From an uncultured Chloroflexia bacterium (GTDB taxonomy: Bacteria > Chloroflexota > Anaerolineae > Caldilineales > Caldilineaceae): a DNA stretch of 64,000 bases. The stretch is taken from assembly GCA_963701415.1 (NCBI GenBank), contig CAVPAH010000002.1, positions 157,085 through 221,084 on the forward strand. Reading direction: 5' to 3'. Made by a program: the position numbers and the translations under genes. Below, piece after piece: positions 1 to 14,383 of the stretch; the first letter of the stretch is position 1; each line of letters opens with the position of its first letter. The notes below the pieces were generated by a model that was not told the DNA's origin, did no database searches, and saw only the letters and a list, made by a program, of their open reading frames with translations.

Positions 1-1090
<1,090 letters not shown>

Positions 1091-1130
1091 TACGGCGCGT
1101 GCCAGTCACCGGTACGCAGTCTGAAGGACA

Positions 1131-1166
1131 AGAGGGGGGCTTCCTTGGAAGCCTCCTCTCTTTTTA
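1131..1166 (+). terminator. Intrinsic terminator downstream of groEL
   Basis: Imperfect GC-rich hairpin AGAGGGGGGCTTCC-TTGG-AAGCCTCCTCTC followed by TTTTT, about 40 nt after the groEL stop. Confidence 0.7.
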
Positions 1167-1301
1167 ATCCAAGCGCCTGCGCGCTGCCGCACTTGTACGT
1201 GTGACTTGGTGCACAGCGACCGCCAGCATTGGCGGCGATAATGGGTGGGATGGCACCGAACCATTTCTAGCAACAAACACCAGTGGAGATATTGTCGATC
1301 T

Positions 1302-2438
1302 ATGCTGTACATGCGCCAGAGCTTGTTTGCCATGCTGCTTGTGATTCTTTCTGTCGGAACACTCTATTCGCCGGCCGCGGCTGTCGACACGCCGAAGCCT
1401 ACGCCCACCCCTGAACTCAAGGTTGAGATAACACCTATCGCCGCATCCGGGAAGACGGTATATGTAGATTTGGACCAGCCGTTTGTGCTGCGGCCGGGGC
1501 AGACGGGACGCAGCGAAGCAGAGGACCTCAGCGTCACTTTGCGCTCATTGTCTGAAGATTCGGGCTGCTTCAGCGCTGACGATTGTTCTACCATGTTGGC
1601 GGAAGGTACGCTGGCCATGCAGGCCGGTGAGGATAAAGAGCTGCTTGATTTCATGGCCAGCATGACGCCCGACTCTCCTTTTACCTATGAGTTCGGTGAC
1701 TATGTGATTGCCATGGTGCACGTCGAGGCGAACGAAGACGGCGAGCGGCTGGCGACCTTTGTCATCAGCAGTAACCGGCCGGCTGAGGTAACGGTCCCCG
1801 AACCGCGCCTGGCCAAACGCTGCCCCGGCTTCAGCCGGTTCGATGCGGCCGCCATCCTGCAGGCTGATGTGAACCCACGGCCGATCTCTAACCTGGTCTT
1901 TGCTCCGCTGTCGAGCAGCGCACCGGAACCGACAGGTTTCTGCGGTTACTTTGCAGCGGAAGGCGGCGCGGACACGCTGGCCGACACGCCGCTTGACCCT
2001 GCGTTGCCTTACCTCGCCTCGGCGGTCGATACCCCATATGCCGCAGTGGCAGCCCGCCTGGCGGGGGAAGAGACCCAGCAAATGCTGCACCTGCTTCCGC
2101 TTCTCAGCGGCGGTGACGGTGCGGTGGACAGCTTTACGATGATGCAGATGCAGACACAGATTGCTGCGGGTATAAGCGACGAGTTCCTGCCGACCTTGTA
2201 TGAGGTGGCGCAAGGCAACGCGGACGTACAGGTAGAATGGATCAGCAGCAGTGAAATGAACAGCAACGCCCAAGAAGCACTCTGGCTGGCGCTGCCTGCC
2301 AATGCCGGCGAGTTCGTGGCGGCGATCAGCCATCATAACGGCGAGTTTGTCATCGTGGCAGCACTTGTCGGCCCGGATGTGACCGCAGCGGATGCCAAGG
2401 GCTATGTGCTCACCGTCCTGAACCGGCTGGTTGAGTAG
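1302..2438 (+). CDS. Hypothetical secreted protein
   Basis: ORF 1245-2438. ATG 1302 has GGAGA 12 nt upstream and exposes a signal-peptide-like N-terminus, MLYMRQSLFAMLLVILSVGTLYSPAAA. No family recognised. Confidence 0.7.
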   Translation: MLYMRQSLFAMLLVILSVGTLYSPAAAVDTPKPTPTPELKVEITPIAASGKTVYVDLDQPFVLRPGQTGRSEAEDLSVTLRSLSEDSGCFSADDCSTMLAEGTLAMQAGEDKELLDFMASMTPDSPFTYEFGDYVIAMVHVEANEDGERLATFVISSNRPAEVTVPEPRLAKRCPGFSRFDAAAILQADVNPRPISNLVFAPLSSSAPEPTGFCGYFAAEGGADTLADTPLDPALPYLASAVDTPYAAVAARLAGEETQQMLHLLPLLSGGDGAVDSFTMMQMQTQIAAGISDEFLPTLYEVAQGNADVQVEWISSSEMNSNAQEALWLALPANAGEFVAAISHHNGEFVIVAALVGPDVTAADAKGYVLTVLNRLVE

Positions 2439-2467
2439 GGCAGAAAGTTCAACTTGATAGTGGGTGA

Positions 2468-2501
2468 GTAGGGGCAGCGCCCGCGCGGGCGCCGCCCCTA
2501 C
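2468..2501 (+). terminator. GC-rich hairpin after the hypothetical gene (possible terminator, no T-tract)
   Basis: GTAGGGGCAGCGCCCGC/GCGGGCGCCGCCCCTAC, a near-perfect 17-nt inverted repeat with one mismatch, 30 nt after the stop at 2438. Confidence 0.4.
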
Positions 2502-2521
2502 TGTGCTGTCTAGCTTAAATC

Positions 2522-2549
2522 TTGCAAATTCATATTTAAGTGTTATACT
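2522..2549 (+). promoter_or_regulatory. Sigma-70-like promoter for the large surface-protein gene
   Basis: TTGCAA (2522-2527), 16-nt spacer, TATACT (2544-2549), in the only AT-rich stretch of this intergenic region. The leader of about 110 nt contains two short hairpins (GCCTTTGT/ACAAAGGC and TGCCGTC/GACGGCA). AAGGAGGG RBS lies at 2649-2656. Confidence 0.45.
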
Positions 2550-2663
2550 TAAGTTGACCTCTACCCTGTGCCTTTGTTTGACGACAAAGGCGATCCTTCC
2601 TTGCCGTCCCACTGACGGCATTCAACACACTCAAGCCAGATCGTCCATAAGGAGGGCTCCAGC

Positions 2664-5600
2664 ATGGAGCATCTTCGCCAATCCACTGTTGAGATGCAGC
2701 TTCTGCGCTGTATCGGCGCGGGGTTGCTGGCAGCTGCGGTGCTCATCGTGTTGATACCGCAGCCAGCGTTCGCCCAGATCATTCCGGGCGGCACTTGCGT
2801 TAACGACGTGACCAACCGTGAAAATAACTGTACCGCCAATGACGTGAGCATTGCGGCCGTCGATCTGCTGCCCGACAGTGCCGACGTGATCTGCAGCAGC
2901 CCGCAGGACACGGTGATAGTTCATCTGCGGACGCAGGCTGAGGTCGACTGCCAAGGAACGGTACGACATCGGCATCTTTGTGGCCAAGGACGGCGGCAGC
3001 GCCTACAGCGGCCAGTGCGCGCATGATTACCTGCACCCAATCTCGGCCAATAACAGCCAACGTCAACGTCACGTCCGGCGTAGGGCCCTTTTACAACGGG
3101 CAGATCGGGACCGGCAACACGTGCGGCGACATCCAACAGAAGTGTGCTGACGTACTATGACCTCCCTCCCATCACGCTGCCGTGCCGCGACCATGACGGC
3201 GACGGCTACCTGGATGTATCCGCGATTGTCAGCTGGGACAATGTGTTTCACATGTGCACCAGCGCAGCCCAGGCTGTGCCCAACACCAAGGCGAAATGCT
3301 CCGCGGACCAGGCGCTGCGCATCCCGATCGTCGTGCCGCCCGGCGAGGTCGAGATCATCAAGGTGCCAGATGAGCCGGTCGTCAATGCCGGCGACCAGAT
3401 TGGCTTCACTATCGTCATAAGCAACACACAGGCGACGCCGGCCACCAACGTGCGCATCACGGACACCTTGCCGCCGGGGTTGGCCTGGCGGGTCGTGCCC
3501 TCGATGGACAGTGCCGCGTGCGGCATTGCCGGTGGAGTGCTGTCCTGCAGCTGGGGCACGTTGAACCCGGGCCAGTCGCGCCAGGTGCGCATCGTGGCGC
3601 CGACCTCTGTTGCCGACTGCGGCCCGGTCGAGAATATTGTCAATCTTACCTATTGGTCGGGCAATCCTGCCGTGCTCAAGTACGGACAGGCCGAGGCCAT
3701 CTCCGGCGTGGCCTGTGCGGCCATCGAAGTAGACAAGATCACCGTTCCCGCAGGCGCCGCGCAGCCGTTCAACTTTCAACTGCGGACGGACACCAGCCTG
3801 CTCCAAAGCTTTACCCTGACTGACACGCAGCCTGTCTTTGTCAGCGGCGACCTCACGCCTACCATGACCTACATCGTGGAGGAGCGCGTGCCCGCCGGCT
3901 GGCAGAACACCGGCGCGCACTGCGACAACGACGACGCGCCCATCTCGGTACGGCCCGTGACATCGGCATTGAGGAATTCTCCTGCGTTGGGCAGTACGGT
4001 GCTCTGTACCTTCACAAACACCCAATTGGCCAGCGTAGAGCTGGTCAAGACGGCAGTAGGAGGCAGCGGCACCTTTCATTTTGCGCTTAACGGAGAAGAT
4101 TTCGGCGACGATTTCCGCACGGTTTCTGTGAGCAGTGGGATGACCGGCAGTGTCACCTGGAAGGATCGCGAGCCCGGCCCCTATACGATCGAGGAACTTG
4201 ACCCGGGCGATGAGTGGCATGCCGGCCCAATCACCTGCACCATTTATCCCTCTAACGGGAGCCCGCGCAGCGACGATGCGTTCTTTGTCCTCGCGGCAGG
4301 CGAGCGAGCGGTGTGCGCTATTACCAACACGCGCCGCGGGCAGATCGTCATCCAGAAAGTCACCGAACCCGACAGCCGCGAGGAATTCGGTTTTTCGACC
4401 AGCTTTGGGCCAAACGTCGGCGTGGTGGCAGGCCAGCCGTATCACTCGCCCATGCTTGAGCCCGGCACATACACCGTGACCGAGTCCCTGCCGCTGCCGA
4501 ACGGGTGGGACCTGGTGGGATCCGCCTGCAGCGACGGCAGCCCCACCAGCGCGATCAGCCTGGGGGCGGGTGAGACCATCACCTGTACCTTCACCAACCG
4601 CCAGCGTGGCAGCATCACCGTAGTCAAGCAGATCCAGGGCGCCGGCATCCGAGCCTACGACACAACCTTCCAGTTCAACTCCACCGGTGGGATGACCACG
4701 ACCAACCCCTTTGATATCACGACCTCGGGCACGAAGGGGCAAGCGGTTTTTGGTAACCTGCCAGCGGGCGCATACAGCGTCGTCGAAGTGCCCAAGACTG
4801 GATGGGAGCCCGTCAGCGCGAGTTGCAGCGGCGGCATTTCGTCCGATCCGGCTGTAATTGTATTAGATGCGGGTGAAAATATCACCTGCACCTTTACCAA
4901 TCGCCGGCTGTCGGCGGGCATCCGGCTGGACAAACTGGTCACCAGCACGACTGATCCGACCTGCGCCGCCGCCCATGATCAGATCGAGGTGCCGGTGAAC
5001 ACCGAGGTGCTTTACTGCTTTAGGATGTACAACACCGGTAACGTAACCATCACTGCGCCCATCACGCTTGTCGACGCCGCCATGGGCATCGACCAGGTGC
5101 TGAATACCGTGACCCAAATCGCACCCGGCGCTGAGGCACTTTATACGGCCCCCCACAATTGGGGCTCAGGCTTGGGACCCTTCCCAAACACTGCTGCAGT
5201 GACCGGAACGACGACACTCGGGCTTGTTACGGACAGCGACAATGCTCTGGTCACCATTTTCAACGGACAGGGTGTGGGGCTGACTGTTCAGAAACTGGTT
5301 GGCCCGCTCGGGGGGCCGTACTATCAGGCCGCGGCGGATGCCCCGCTCCTCACGGATGCGGGGGTGCAGCTGCAGTGGCAGTGGATCATCACGAATACGG
5401 GTGCGGTGGATCTGAAGCTCACGTTAACCGACACACTCAACGGCGGGGCATACGATCTGTTCGCCACGGGAGGCTGTACGCCGCCGCCCGCTCCCTTTGC
5501 ACCCAATGCCGTCTACACCTGCACGTCGACGGCGTTCCCGGCCGCCGAGGGCCTGCACGTCAATCAGATCCTTGTGGGCGGCTGCCCTGTAGACGCTGCC

Positions 5601-7508
5601 CAAGGCGACTGTATCGAAGTAGGAGACATTGCTGCCTACATCACGCGACCGCAGCTGGCCGTCACCAAGATCGTCACCAATAACTGGGGTGGCACGCTCT
5701 CTGCGGCCGACTTCCCACTTCAGGTCTCCGGCAGCGGCGCTATCACTCCGGTGACAAGCGGCGTAACCGTGACGCTGGGTGCCGGCGACTATCTGGCAGC
5801 GGAGCAGCAGCAGCCCGGCTACACGAGCACTGGGTTTGGTGGCGACTGCGCCGCCGACGGCAGCATCAGCCTGGCCAATGGCGACGCGAAATCGTGTACG
5901 ATCACTAACACGGATACACCGGCTGAACTGACGGTGACGAAGGTCGTAATTGCGGCTGACTACGATCACAGTTTTGAACTCACGCTCGACAATTTCCCCA
6001 TAGGGACCGCTTCCAGCGGTGGGGCGACGATCGGTCCACTGCAGATCGCGGCGGGCCAGCATGTTGTGGGCGAGTCGGGGCCGTTAGGCGAGTATGTGAC
6101 GGAGATAGGCGGCGACTGCGATGGGACGGGACACTTCCAGGCAGCGCTGGGCCAGAGCTACACGTGTACCATCACGAATACACGCAAGGCCGACATCGTG
6201 GTAGTCAAGGAGACAATACCACCCAACAATACGACGGCCTTCGCCTTTACCGCCAGCTTTACCAGCACGACATTTGCGCTGACGGACGGCCAGGCGGCCG
6301 GTTCCGGCCTGCTGCCTCCGGGCACCTACGCGGTAACGGAGACGGTGCCCGCGGGTTGGGAACAGGTGGCCACAGGCTGTTCCAACGGCAGCGAGCCTTT
6401 TGCCATCAGCCTGAGTGCCGGCGAGACCATTACGTGTACCTTTACCAACCGGCAGATGGGGGAGATTCAGCTGCGCAAGCAGTTGGAGCCACCAGGCGCC
6501 AGCGCGACCTTCAGCTTTACCGCGAGCTATGCGCCGGGCGGCTTCGCCCTGGGAGATGGCGGCGTACATTCTTCGGGTTTCCTACCGGCGGGCGTGTACA
6601 CGGTGGCCGAGACAGTACCTCTGCCGGGAGGCTGGGTACAGACCGGCTTTGGCTGCAGTGACGGCAGCACCTCCTCCGATCTTAACCTGGATCCTGGGGA
6701 GTTGATGACGTGTACGGTCACAAATACGCTAGTAGACGGCCAGGTTATCATTCAGAAGTTCACCGATCCCCATTTCGCAACACAGCCGTTCACGTTCACC
6801 ACGAACTTTGCCGGCGACGTGATCTTGACCGGGCCTGGTCCGGCCTTTGTCTCTGATCCGCTGGCACCCACGATGGCACGGGCGGAGATGCATTATTCGG
6901 TCAGCGAGATCATGCCTGCCGACTGGCACCAGGCGCTGGCACTCTGCCTGGGCCAGGATGGACGCTACGTGCCTTCCCGTTTCATCGACCTGCGGGCCGG
7001 CGAGATCGTGACCTGTAACTATGTCAACACCGAGTATCCGTTCCTCAGCTTGGGGCTTGACAAGCAGCGGGCGCCCGGGCAGGCGGCCAGCGTGGAGGTT
7101 GGTCACGACGTGACCTTCAGCATCGTCGTGACCAATACGAGCGCCGTCACCCTGACCAACTTTCTGGTCAGCGAGTACTTTCCGGATGAACTAGGGCTCA
7201 GCCCAAACGACAACCATGGCTGGACGCTTACGGCGGGCGGGCGCGGGGCATTCCAGGTGGTCCCGGTGATCCGGTCAGGGGATGCCATTACCTTGCCCAT
7301 CGTGCTGCGCGCCCTGGCCGCATCCTCAGGTCCAGTGGTGAATCGGGTCACGCTCAGTGGCGGTACCTATGTGAACGGCCTGCCGCTGCCCGATTACCTG
7401 TTGGAGGCCGAGGCAGACGTGACCGTCACCGATCCGACCGGGTTAGATCCGGGCGATGAGCCGCTGCGCCCGCCGGGGGTATATCTGCCGTTTGTCTCTG
7501 GGGAGTAA
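2664..7508 (+). pseudogene. Very large secreted repeat protein (about 1600 aa): DUF11-type repeat domains flanking at least 9 prealbumin/Cna-B-like fold repeats; the 5' 500 nt carries three +1 frame breaks
   Basis: Signal peptide MEHLRQSTVEMQLLRCIGAGLLAAAVLIVLIPQPAFA after the RBS. The frame moves 0>1>2>0 near 2945, 3050 and 3145; the pieces ERYDIGIFVAKDGGSAYSGQC, ANVNVTSGVGPFYNGQIGTGNTCGD and VLTYYDLPPITLPCRDHDGDGYLD join up. After that comes an uninterrupted 1454-aa ORF. DUF11-like segments include VNAGDQIGFTIVISNTQATPATNVRITDTLPPGL and VGHDVTFSIVVTNTSAVTLTNFLVSEYFP. The module G.Y.V.E..P.GW....C......GE..TCTFTN occurs 9 times. The protein ends PGVYLPFVSGE. Confidence 0.85.
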
Positions 7509-7564
7509 GTGGAAAAGGGGCACACGGTCCCAACGGATCCAGCGGCCGTGTGCCCTGCGTTGCC

Positions 7565-8731
7565 TTAGTGTGCAGCGATGTAGACTGCCTCCGCCCGCTC
7601 CACCTTGGCGACCGGGAAGACGTCGACAAGGTCGTAGCTGCGCGAGCCGAGGCCGAGCTGCTCACCGTAGACGGTGACCAGGTACGGGTCCTTGAGCGGT
7701 CCGTGCAGCCAGCGGAAGGGATGGCCCTCGCGCGTGTGCACCTCAAAGCTGCCGGGCAGGTTCTCCTCAATCAGCGGCGTCTCGGCGATCATGTCCAGCG
7801 CCGCCGTCTCCAGGGCAATGATGTCGTCCGAGCCAAAGATGCCGGCGTCGGGCAGGATGGGCATGCTGGTAAAGCCAAAGCAGTCGCAGACCGGCGTCAT
7901 GTGCGTCGCCAGCGCCAGGTGCGTGGCTTTCCCCGGCGCAAACGTCGAGAGCGTGATCGAAGTGCTGATGGCGCAGGCTTCCTGGAATGAGTGGAAGTTG
8001 GCGGGATCGATCTTGAGGCTGCCGGCCGGGGCGACCTTCAGGCAGCGCCCGCATTGGTTGCACTCTTCGAAGTGCATGTGAATGTGTCCCGGGTGGTGGC
8101 GGTCCTCGACCAGGGCGCCAAACGGGCAGGAGCCCAGGATAGCTTTAAAGACAGAGGCGTCGAGGACTTTCTCGGGGAACCAGTACTGATCGTAGTGCAT
8201 CACGTCGTGCATGGCACTGCGGGATGTACCGGTCAGGCAGCCCAGAGCGAGGTTCTTGATTGCGCCGCCGAAGCCGCAGCTTGGGTGGCCCTTGACATGG
8301 GCGAAGTTGATCAGGAAGCTGGCGTCTTCGATCATGCCGGCGATGTGCCATTCCTTGATTGACTTGTACGGGTGCTCGGGATGCGTGTACTGGTAGTGGT
8401 CGTCGAGCCCCGCCGACGGGTAAATGGGACAGCCGAGCACCTCCGGCGTATAGCCGCGCGCTTCGGCCCCGCGCACGTCCCAGTCGACATCCGTGATAAA
8501 GGGCCGGCCGCCGCCGTCCTTTACCGCCTGGACTACTTTCCGTACGAATATGGGATGCACCGTGGAATAGCCCAGGTTGTTGCCCGAGTGGAGCTTGATG
8601 ACGACCGTCTCGTCCTTGACGCGGTCGCGCACGTGCAGCTCTTCCAGGATCAAATCCAGCTTTGCCGGCAGTGTTTCCTTTGCGTCCAACCGCGCCTGTC
8701 GCGGTGATCCCCAGTAGACCTTGCTCGCCAT
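7565..8731 (-). CDS. DUF362 domain protein with a Cys-rich (Fe-S-like) insert
   Basis: ORF 7565-8821. The start is trimmed to ATG 8731 (MASKVYWGSPRQ) with AAGGTGA upstream. DUF362-like sequence: VVIKLHSGNNLGYSTVHPIFVRKVV, FLINFAHVKGHPSCGFGGAIKNLALGC, and the CNQCGRCLKVAP motif. Confidence 0.8.
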   Translation of the reverse strand: MASKVYWGSPRQARLDAKETLPAKLDLILEELHVRDRVKDETVVIKLHSGNNLGYSTVHPIFVRKVVQAVKDGGGRPFITDVDWDVRGAEARGYTPEVLGCPIYPSAGLDDHYQYTHPEHPYKSIKEWHIAGMIEDASFLINFAHVKGHPSCGFGGAIKNLALGCLTGTSRSAMHDVMHYDQYWFPEKVLDASVFKAILGSCPFGALVEDRHHPGHIHMHFEECNQCGRCLKVAPAGSLKIDPANFHSFQEACAISTSITLSTFAPGKATHLALATHMTPVCDCFGFTSMPILPDAGIFGSDDIIALETAALDMIAETPLIEENLPGSFEVHTREGHPFRWLHGPLKDPYLVTVYGEQLGLGSRSYDLVDVFPVAKVERAEAVYIAAH

Positions 8732-9039
8732 AATTTCACCTTGGATATATATGAGTGTGTGGCGCGGCAGCAAGTGCCGCAGTGAATAAAAAGGAGGTCG
8801 GGTTAGCAAGAATTGTAACACCGATTACGAAGAAGCTGCTCAAGGCACGCGCTCCCATTTGAGCCCCGTGTCGCAAGCCTCTAGAGGTCTAGCGGAGAAT
8901 TGCTAGAGATTGATGCTGTTGAGCAGATCTATAGTAGGTGTGTGTCCGCTGGGAGGGCAGCAGTAGCGCTTGGGCGTCTCAGTCCCTAGAGGTGCATGCT
9001 GTCCTCGACATATGCTAAGTGCTGGATGCAGCTCATGCT

Positions 9040-9798
9040 TCACAGTGCCAGGCATGCATCTGCGCAGAGCCAGAACAGGTTCTCTCGCACATCGTGTCGC
9101 GACGACCACGATCGATGATCCCATTCGGCACCGCTCAGGTCGTCGCCCCCATATAGGACCTGCCCAAAGGTTGCGCCGCGAAATTGGGCAACGGCCATCA
9201 TGCCGGCGGCTTCCATCTCTACCGTCACGCAGCCTTCCTGTCGACGCAGGGCGATCTTGTTGGGCGTTTCGCGGTACGGCGCGTCGGTCGTCCAAGTCTT
9301 GCCGAGAAGGTAGGGGACGACGCGTTGCTCCATGGTTTGGGCTAACGCCTGCACGGCTGTCGGGTTAGCCGTCACTTCCCGCGCTGGCGGAAGGTAGTGG
9401 TAGGAGACCCCCTCATCCCGTACGGCACTGCCGACCAAGATGAGGTGGCCCACGGCGATGTCTTTTTGCAGCACGCCGCAGCCACCACAGGCGATGAAAT
9501 TGCGGCAGCCAAAGGCGATCACTTCCTCGAGCAGCCCAGCTGCCAGGGGTCCGCCAATGCCGGGATGAAAAAATGCCAGCCGCCGATCGCGGTACGTGAT
9601 TTCATACACGGGGTGCTGACCGTCTTCCCACTTGTTGCGTGCCACAATCTTCGCACTGTGTTCCGCCACCACCTTTTCGATCACTTCGCCGAAGAAGCAG
9701 ATCACGCAGTGCTGCGGCACATCGCGCGGCTTGATGATCTTTGACGGCTCAATCAACGCCTCAGGAGTGGGGTCGTGCTCGAGGATGGGATAGCTCAT
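9040..9798 (-). CDS. Nucleoside phosphorylase (PNP/UDP family 1, uridine/purine phosphorylase-like)
   Basis: ORF 9040-9852; likely start MSYPILEHD at 9798. Family motifs: FFHPGIGGPLAAGLLEEVIAFG, GGCGVL, VGSAVRDEGVSYHY, TTDAPYRET, VEMEAAGMMAVA. Confidence 0.8.
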   Translation of the reverse strand: MSYPILEHDPTPEALIEPSKIIKPRDVPQHCVICFFGEVIEKVVAEHSAKIVARNKWEDGQHPVYEITYRDRRLAFFHPGIGGPLAAGLLEEVIAFGCRNFIACGGCGVLQKDIAVGHLILVGSAVRDEGVSYHYLPPAREVTANPTAVQALAQTMEQRVVPYLLGKTWTTDAPYRETPNKIALRRQEGCVTVEMEAAGMMAVAQFRGATFGQVLYGGDDLSGAEWDHRSWSSRHDVRENLFWLCADACLAL

Positions 9799-9877
9799 TC
9801 TTTGCCCTGCCTTTGGAGATGCAACGGAAATGATATGCGCCCGGCCGAGCATTCAGGATGCCATATCCCTGCGGATG

Positions 9878-9886
9878 TGGTAAAAT
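9878..9886 (+). promoter_or_regulatory. Possible extended -10 promoter element upstream of mutS
   Basis: TGgTAAAAT at 9878-9886, 43 nt upstream of the mutS ATG, in the divergent intergenic region. No good -35. Confidence 0.3.
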
Positions 9887-9928
9887 ACTCCCCTCACACG
9901 AACCCTCTCCGATCGGAGCCGACCCGCT

Positions 9929-12535
<2,607 letters not shown>

Positions 12536-12608
12536 TAGTTATCGGCTTTTGTTCCTTGCCGCGATCTGTTCGTAACCGTCGTGTACCCCGTTCCACTAGG
12601 AGAAGAAC

Positions 12609-14114
12609 ATGTCTACCGTACAAGGCAGTCTCTGCAGGCCGGTCATCGCCGCCTCGTTGGCCGTTGTCATGTGCTTATTGGCCCTTGCCGAAGTGCGCAC
12701 TGCCCATGCACAGGCGCTGGAGCCACTACCCGTTCCCAGCCCTGTCACCGGCCCTATCACCGGCGCCGGCGTGCAGCAGGAGCAAAGCCCCGACATTGTG
12801 GGAGGGCGTGAAGCTGCGCCCGGCGCCTGGCCTTGGCAAGTGGCTCTGGTCGTACGTACGTCAAGCCAGGCCTACAATGGCTTTTTCTGTGGCGGCTCGC
12901 TCGTCGCACCCCAGTGGGTGCTCACAGCCGCCCACTGCCTGGAAGATTTCGACGCCTCTTTGATTGACGTACTGATCGGCACACACCAGCTTTCCACCAA
13001 TGACCGGCGTATCCAGGCGGACAGGTCCCTGATTCACCCTGACTACAGCTACTTTACGTTTGATGGTGACCTCGGCCTGCTGCACCTGTCTGAGCCGGTG
13101 ACGAACACAACCATCACGCTGTTTGCTCCCGGCACAGATGGGACCGAGCTGGACTATCTGCGCGGCACGGTCACGGGTTGGGGCAACATGGATCCCTACA
13201 GCTGGTTTGGCCAATTCCCCGATGTGCTGCAGGAGGTATCCCTGCCTCTTGTCGGCTATCAAGCCTGCAGTAATGCATGGGGCTGGCAGTTCAGCAGCAA
13301 CCAGATCTGCGCCGGCTATCCCACCATGACGAAGGCGGTGTGCAGCGGCGACAGCGGCGGCCCACTGATGATTCAGAAGCCTGACGGCCAGTGGCGCCAG
13401 GTTGGCATCGTCAGCGCGGGGCCGGTCGGCTGTGTCGGCGGCGGCAGCCCTGATATCTTTACGCGCGCTGCTGCCTATGCGCAGTGGATCGATGGCTGCA
13501 TGCAGAACCCTGATGCCGCGGTGTGTATGGGGGCCGACACCTATGAACCCGATGATACCGCCCAAGCGGCATCAGTGTACGCAACCTTCGGCGTCACGGA
13601 GACACACACCTTCCACCAGGCCGGCGACCAGGATTGGCTCAAATTTGACGTCAAGGCTGGGAATCTCTACCAAATCCAGACGCAGTACCTTGTCACATAT
13701 ACTGCCCCGGTCGACACAGTTGTCTGGTTGTTTGACGACGAAGGCCACACGCCGTTGGCCTACAATGACAATGGTGGGGCCAAGGATCCGTTCCCGCTCT
13801 TCGACACAGTAGTAGACGATGCGTCGCTGCTCTGGCGTGCAACAGCCGACGGCCAACTGTACCTGAGTGTGGAGAACAACGCGTCGAGCGTCGACCTCTA
13901 CCGGCCGTATGGGCCAAATGCCAAGTACGCCGTGAACATCCGTGAGTATGCACTACCAGACGTATCTGCCTGCCGTCAACCGCGAGGCGAATGCGTCCAC
14001 TGCCATCTGGTGGAGCATCTATACTGGTGGTGCCGGCCGTTCCGGCGCCGCCTGCATCCAATCGCTGACCAGATGATCCTGTGGAGACATCAATGCCTAA
14101 GCCTGTCAGCCTGA
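12609..14114 (+). CDS. Secreted trypsin-like serine protease (S1) with a C-terminal pre-peptidase (PPC)-type beta domain; the 3' end is probably frameshifted near 13940
   Basis: GGAGAAG RBS and a signal peptide ending AHA. IVGGREAAPGAWPWQVAL, TAAHC, GDLGLL, CSGDSGGPL. The PPC-like segment is YEPDDTAQAASVY...HQAGDQDWLKFDVKAGNLYQIQT. The last 55 codons of the ORF as given are Cys/Arg/His/Trp-rich junk. The +1 frame from about 13942 reads HYQTYLPAVNRE... and stops at 14074-14076. Confidence 0.85.
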   Translation: MSTVQGSLCRPVIAASLAVVMCLLALAEVRTAHAQALEPLPVPSPVTGPITGAGVQQEQSPDIVGGREAAPGAWPWQVALVVRTSSQAYNGFFCGGSLVAPQWVLTAAHCLEDFDASLIDVLIGTHQLSTNDRRIQADRSLIHPDYSYFTFDGDLGLLHLSEPVTNTTITLFAPGTDGTELDYLRGTVTGWGNMDPYSWFGQFPDVLQEVSLPLVGYQACSNAWGWQFSSNQICAGYPTMTKAVCSGDSGGPLMIQKPDGQWRQVGIVSAGPVGCVGGGSPDIFTRAAAYAQWIDGCMQNPDAAVCMGADTYEPDDTAQAASVYATFGVTETHTFHQAGDQDWLKFDVKAGNLYQIQTQYLVTYTAPVDTVVWLFDDEGHTPLAYNDNGGAKDPFPLFDTVVDDASLLWRATADGQLYLSVENNASSVDLYRPYGPNAKYAVNIREYALPDVSACRQPRGECVHCHLVEHLYWWCRPFRRRLHPIADQMILWRHQCLSLSA

Positions 14115-14383
14115 CCGACGGACAAATCCAGTATGCGCTGCAAGATCTGCCCGGCTGGAGCGTCGTCAACGGCAAACTTCACCGTGAATTTAAGTTTCGC
14201 GGGTTTACAGAGGCCTTTGGTTTTATGACTATGGTGGCCGTCGAGGCGCACGCCATGGACCACCATCCCGAGTGGTCAAATGTCTACGATCGTGTGATGA
14301 TCGACCTGGTTACCCATGTCGCCGGGAATACGATCACGGAGCGCGACGTGGCGCTGGCCAAGATTATCGACGGCCTGGCATGA
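14093..14383 (+). CDS. 4a-hydroxytetrahydrobiopterin (pterin-4-alpha-carbinolamine) dehydratase
   Basis: MPKPVSLTDGQIQYALQDLPGWSVVNGKLHREFKFRGFTEAFGFMTMVAVEAHAMDHHPEWSNVYDRV is the typical PCD/DCoH fold signature (HHPEW). Confidence 0.85.
   Translation: MPKPVSLTDGQIQYALQDLPGWSVVNGKLHREFKFRGFTEAFGFMTMVAVEAHAMDHHPEWSNVYDRVMIDLVTHVAGNTITERDVALAKIIDGLA

Noticed and set aside
3069-4742. 557-aa ORF on the minus strand, antisense to the adhesin gene
   Set aside because: It has the Arg/Gly/Ala/Pro-rich, motif-free composition typical of antisense frames in high-GC DNA. The opposite strand encodes clear repeated domains.
8799-8806. Strong AAAGGAGG Shine-Dalgarno-like sequence on the + strand in the 308-nt gap between the DUF362 and phosphorylase genes
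   Set aside because: No ATG, GTG or TTG lies at a suitable distance. The downstream frames hit stops quickly or begin with non-start codons.
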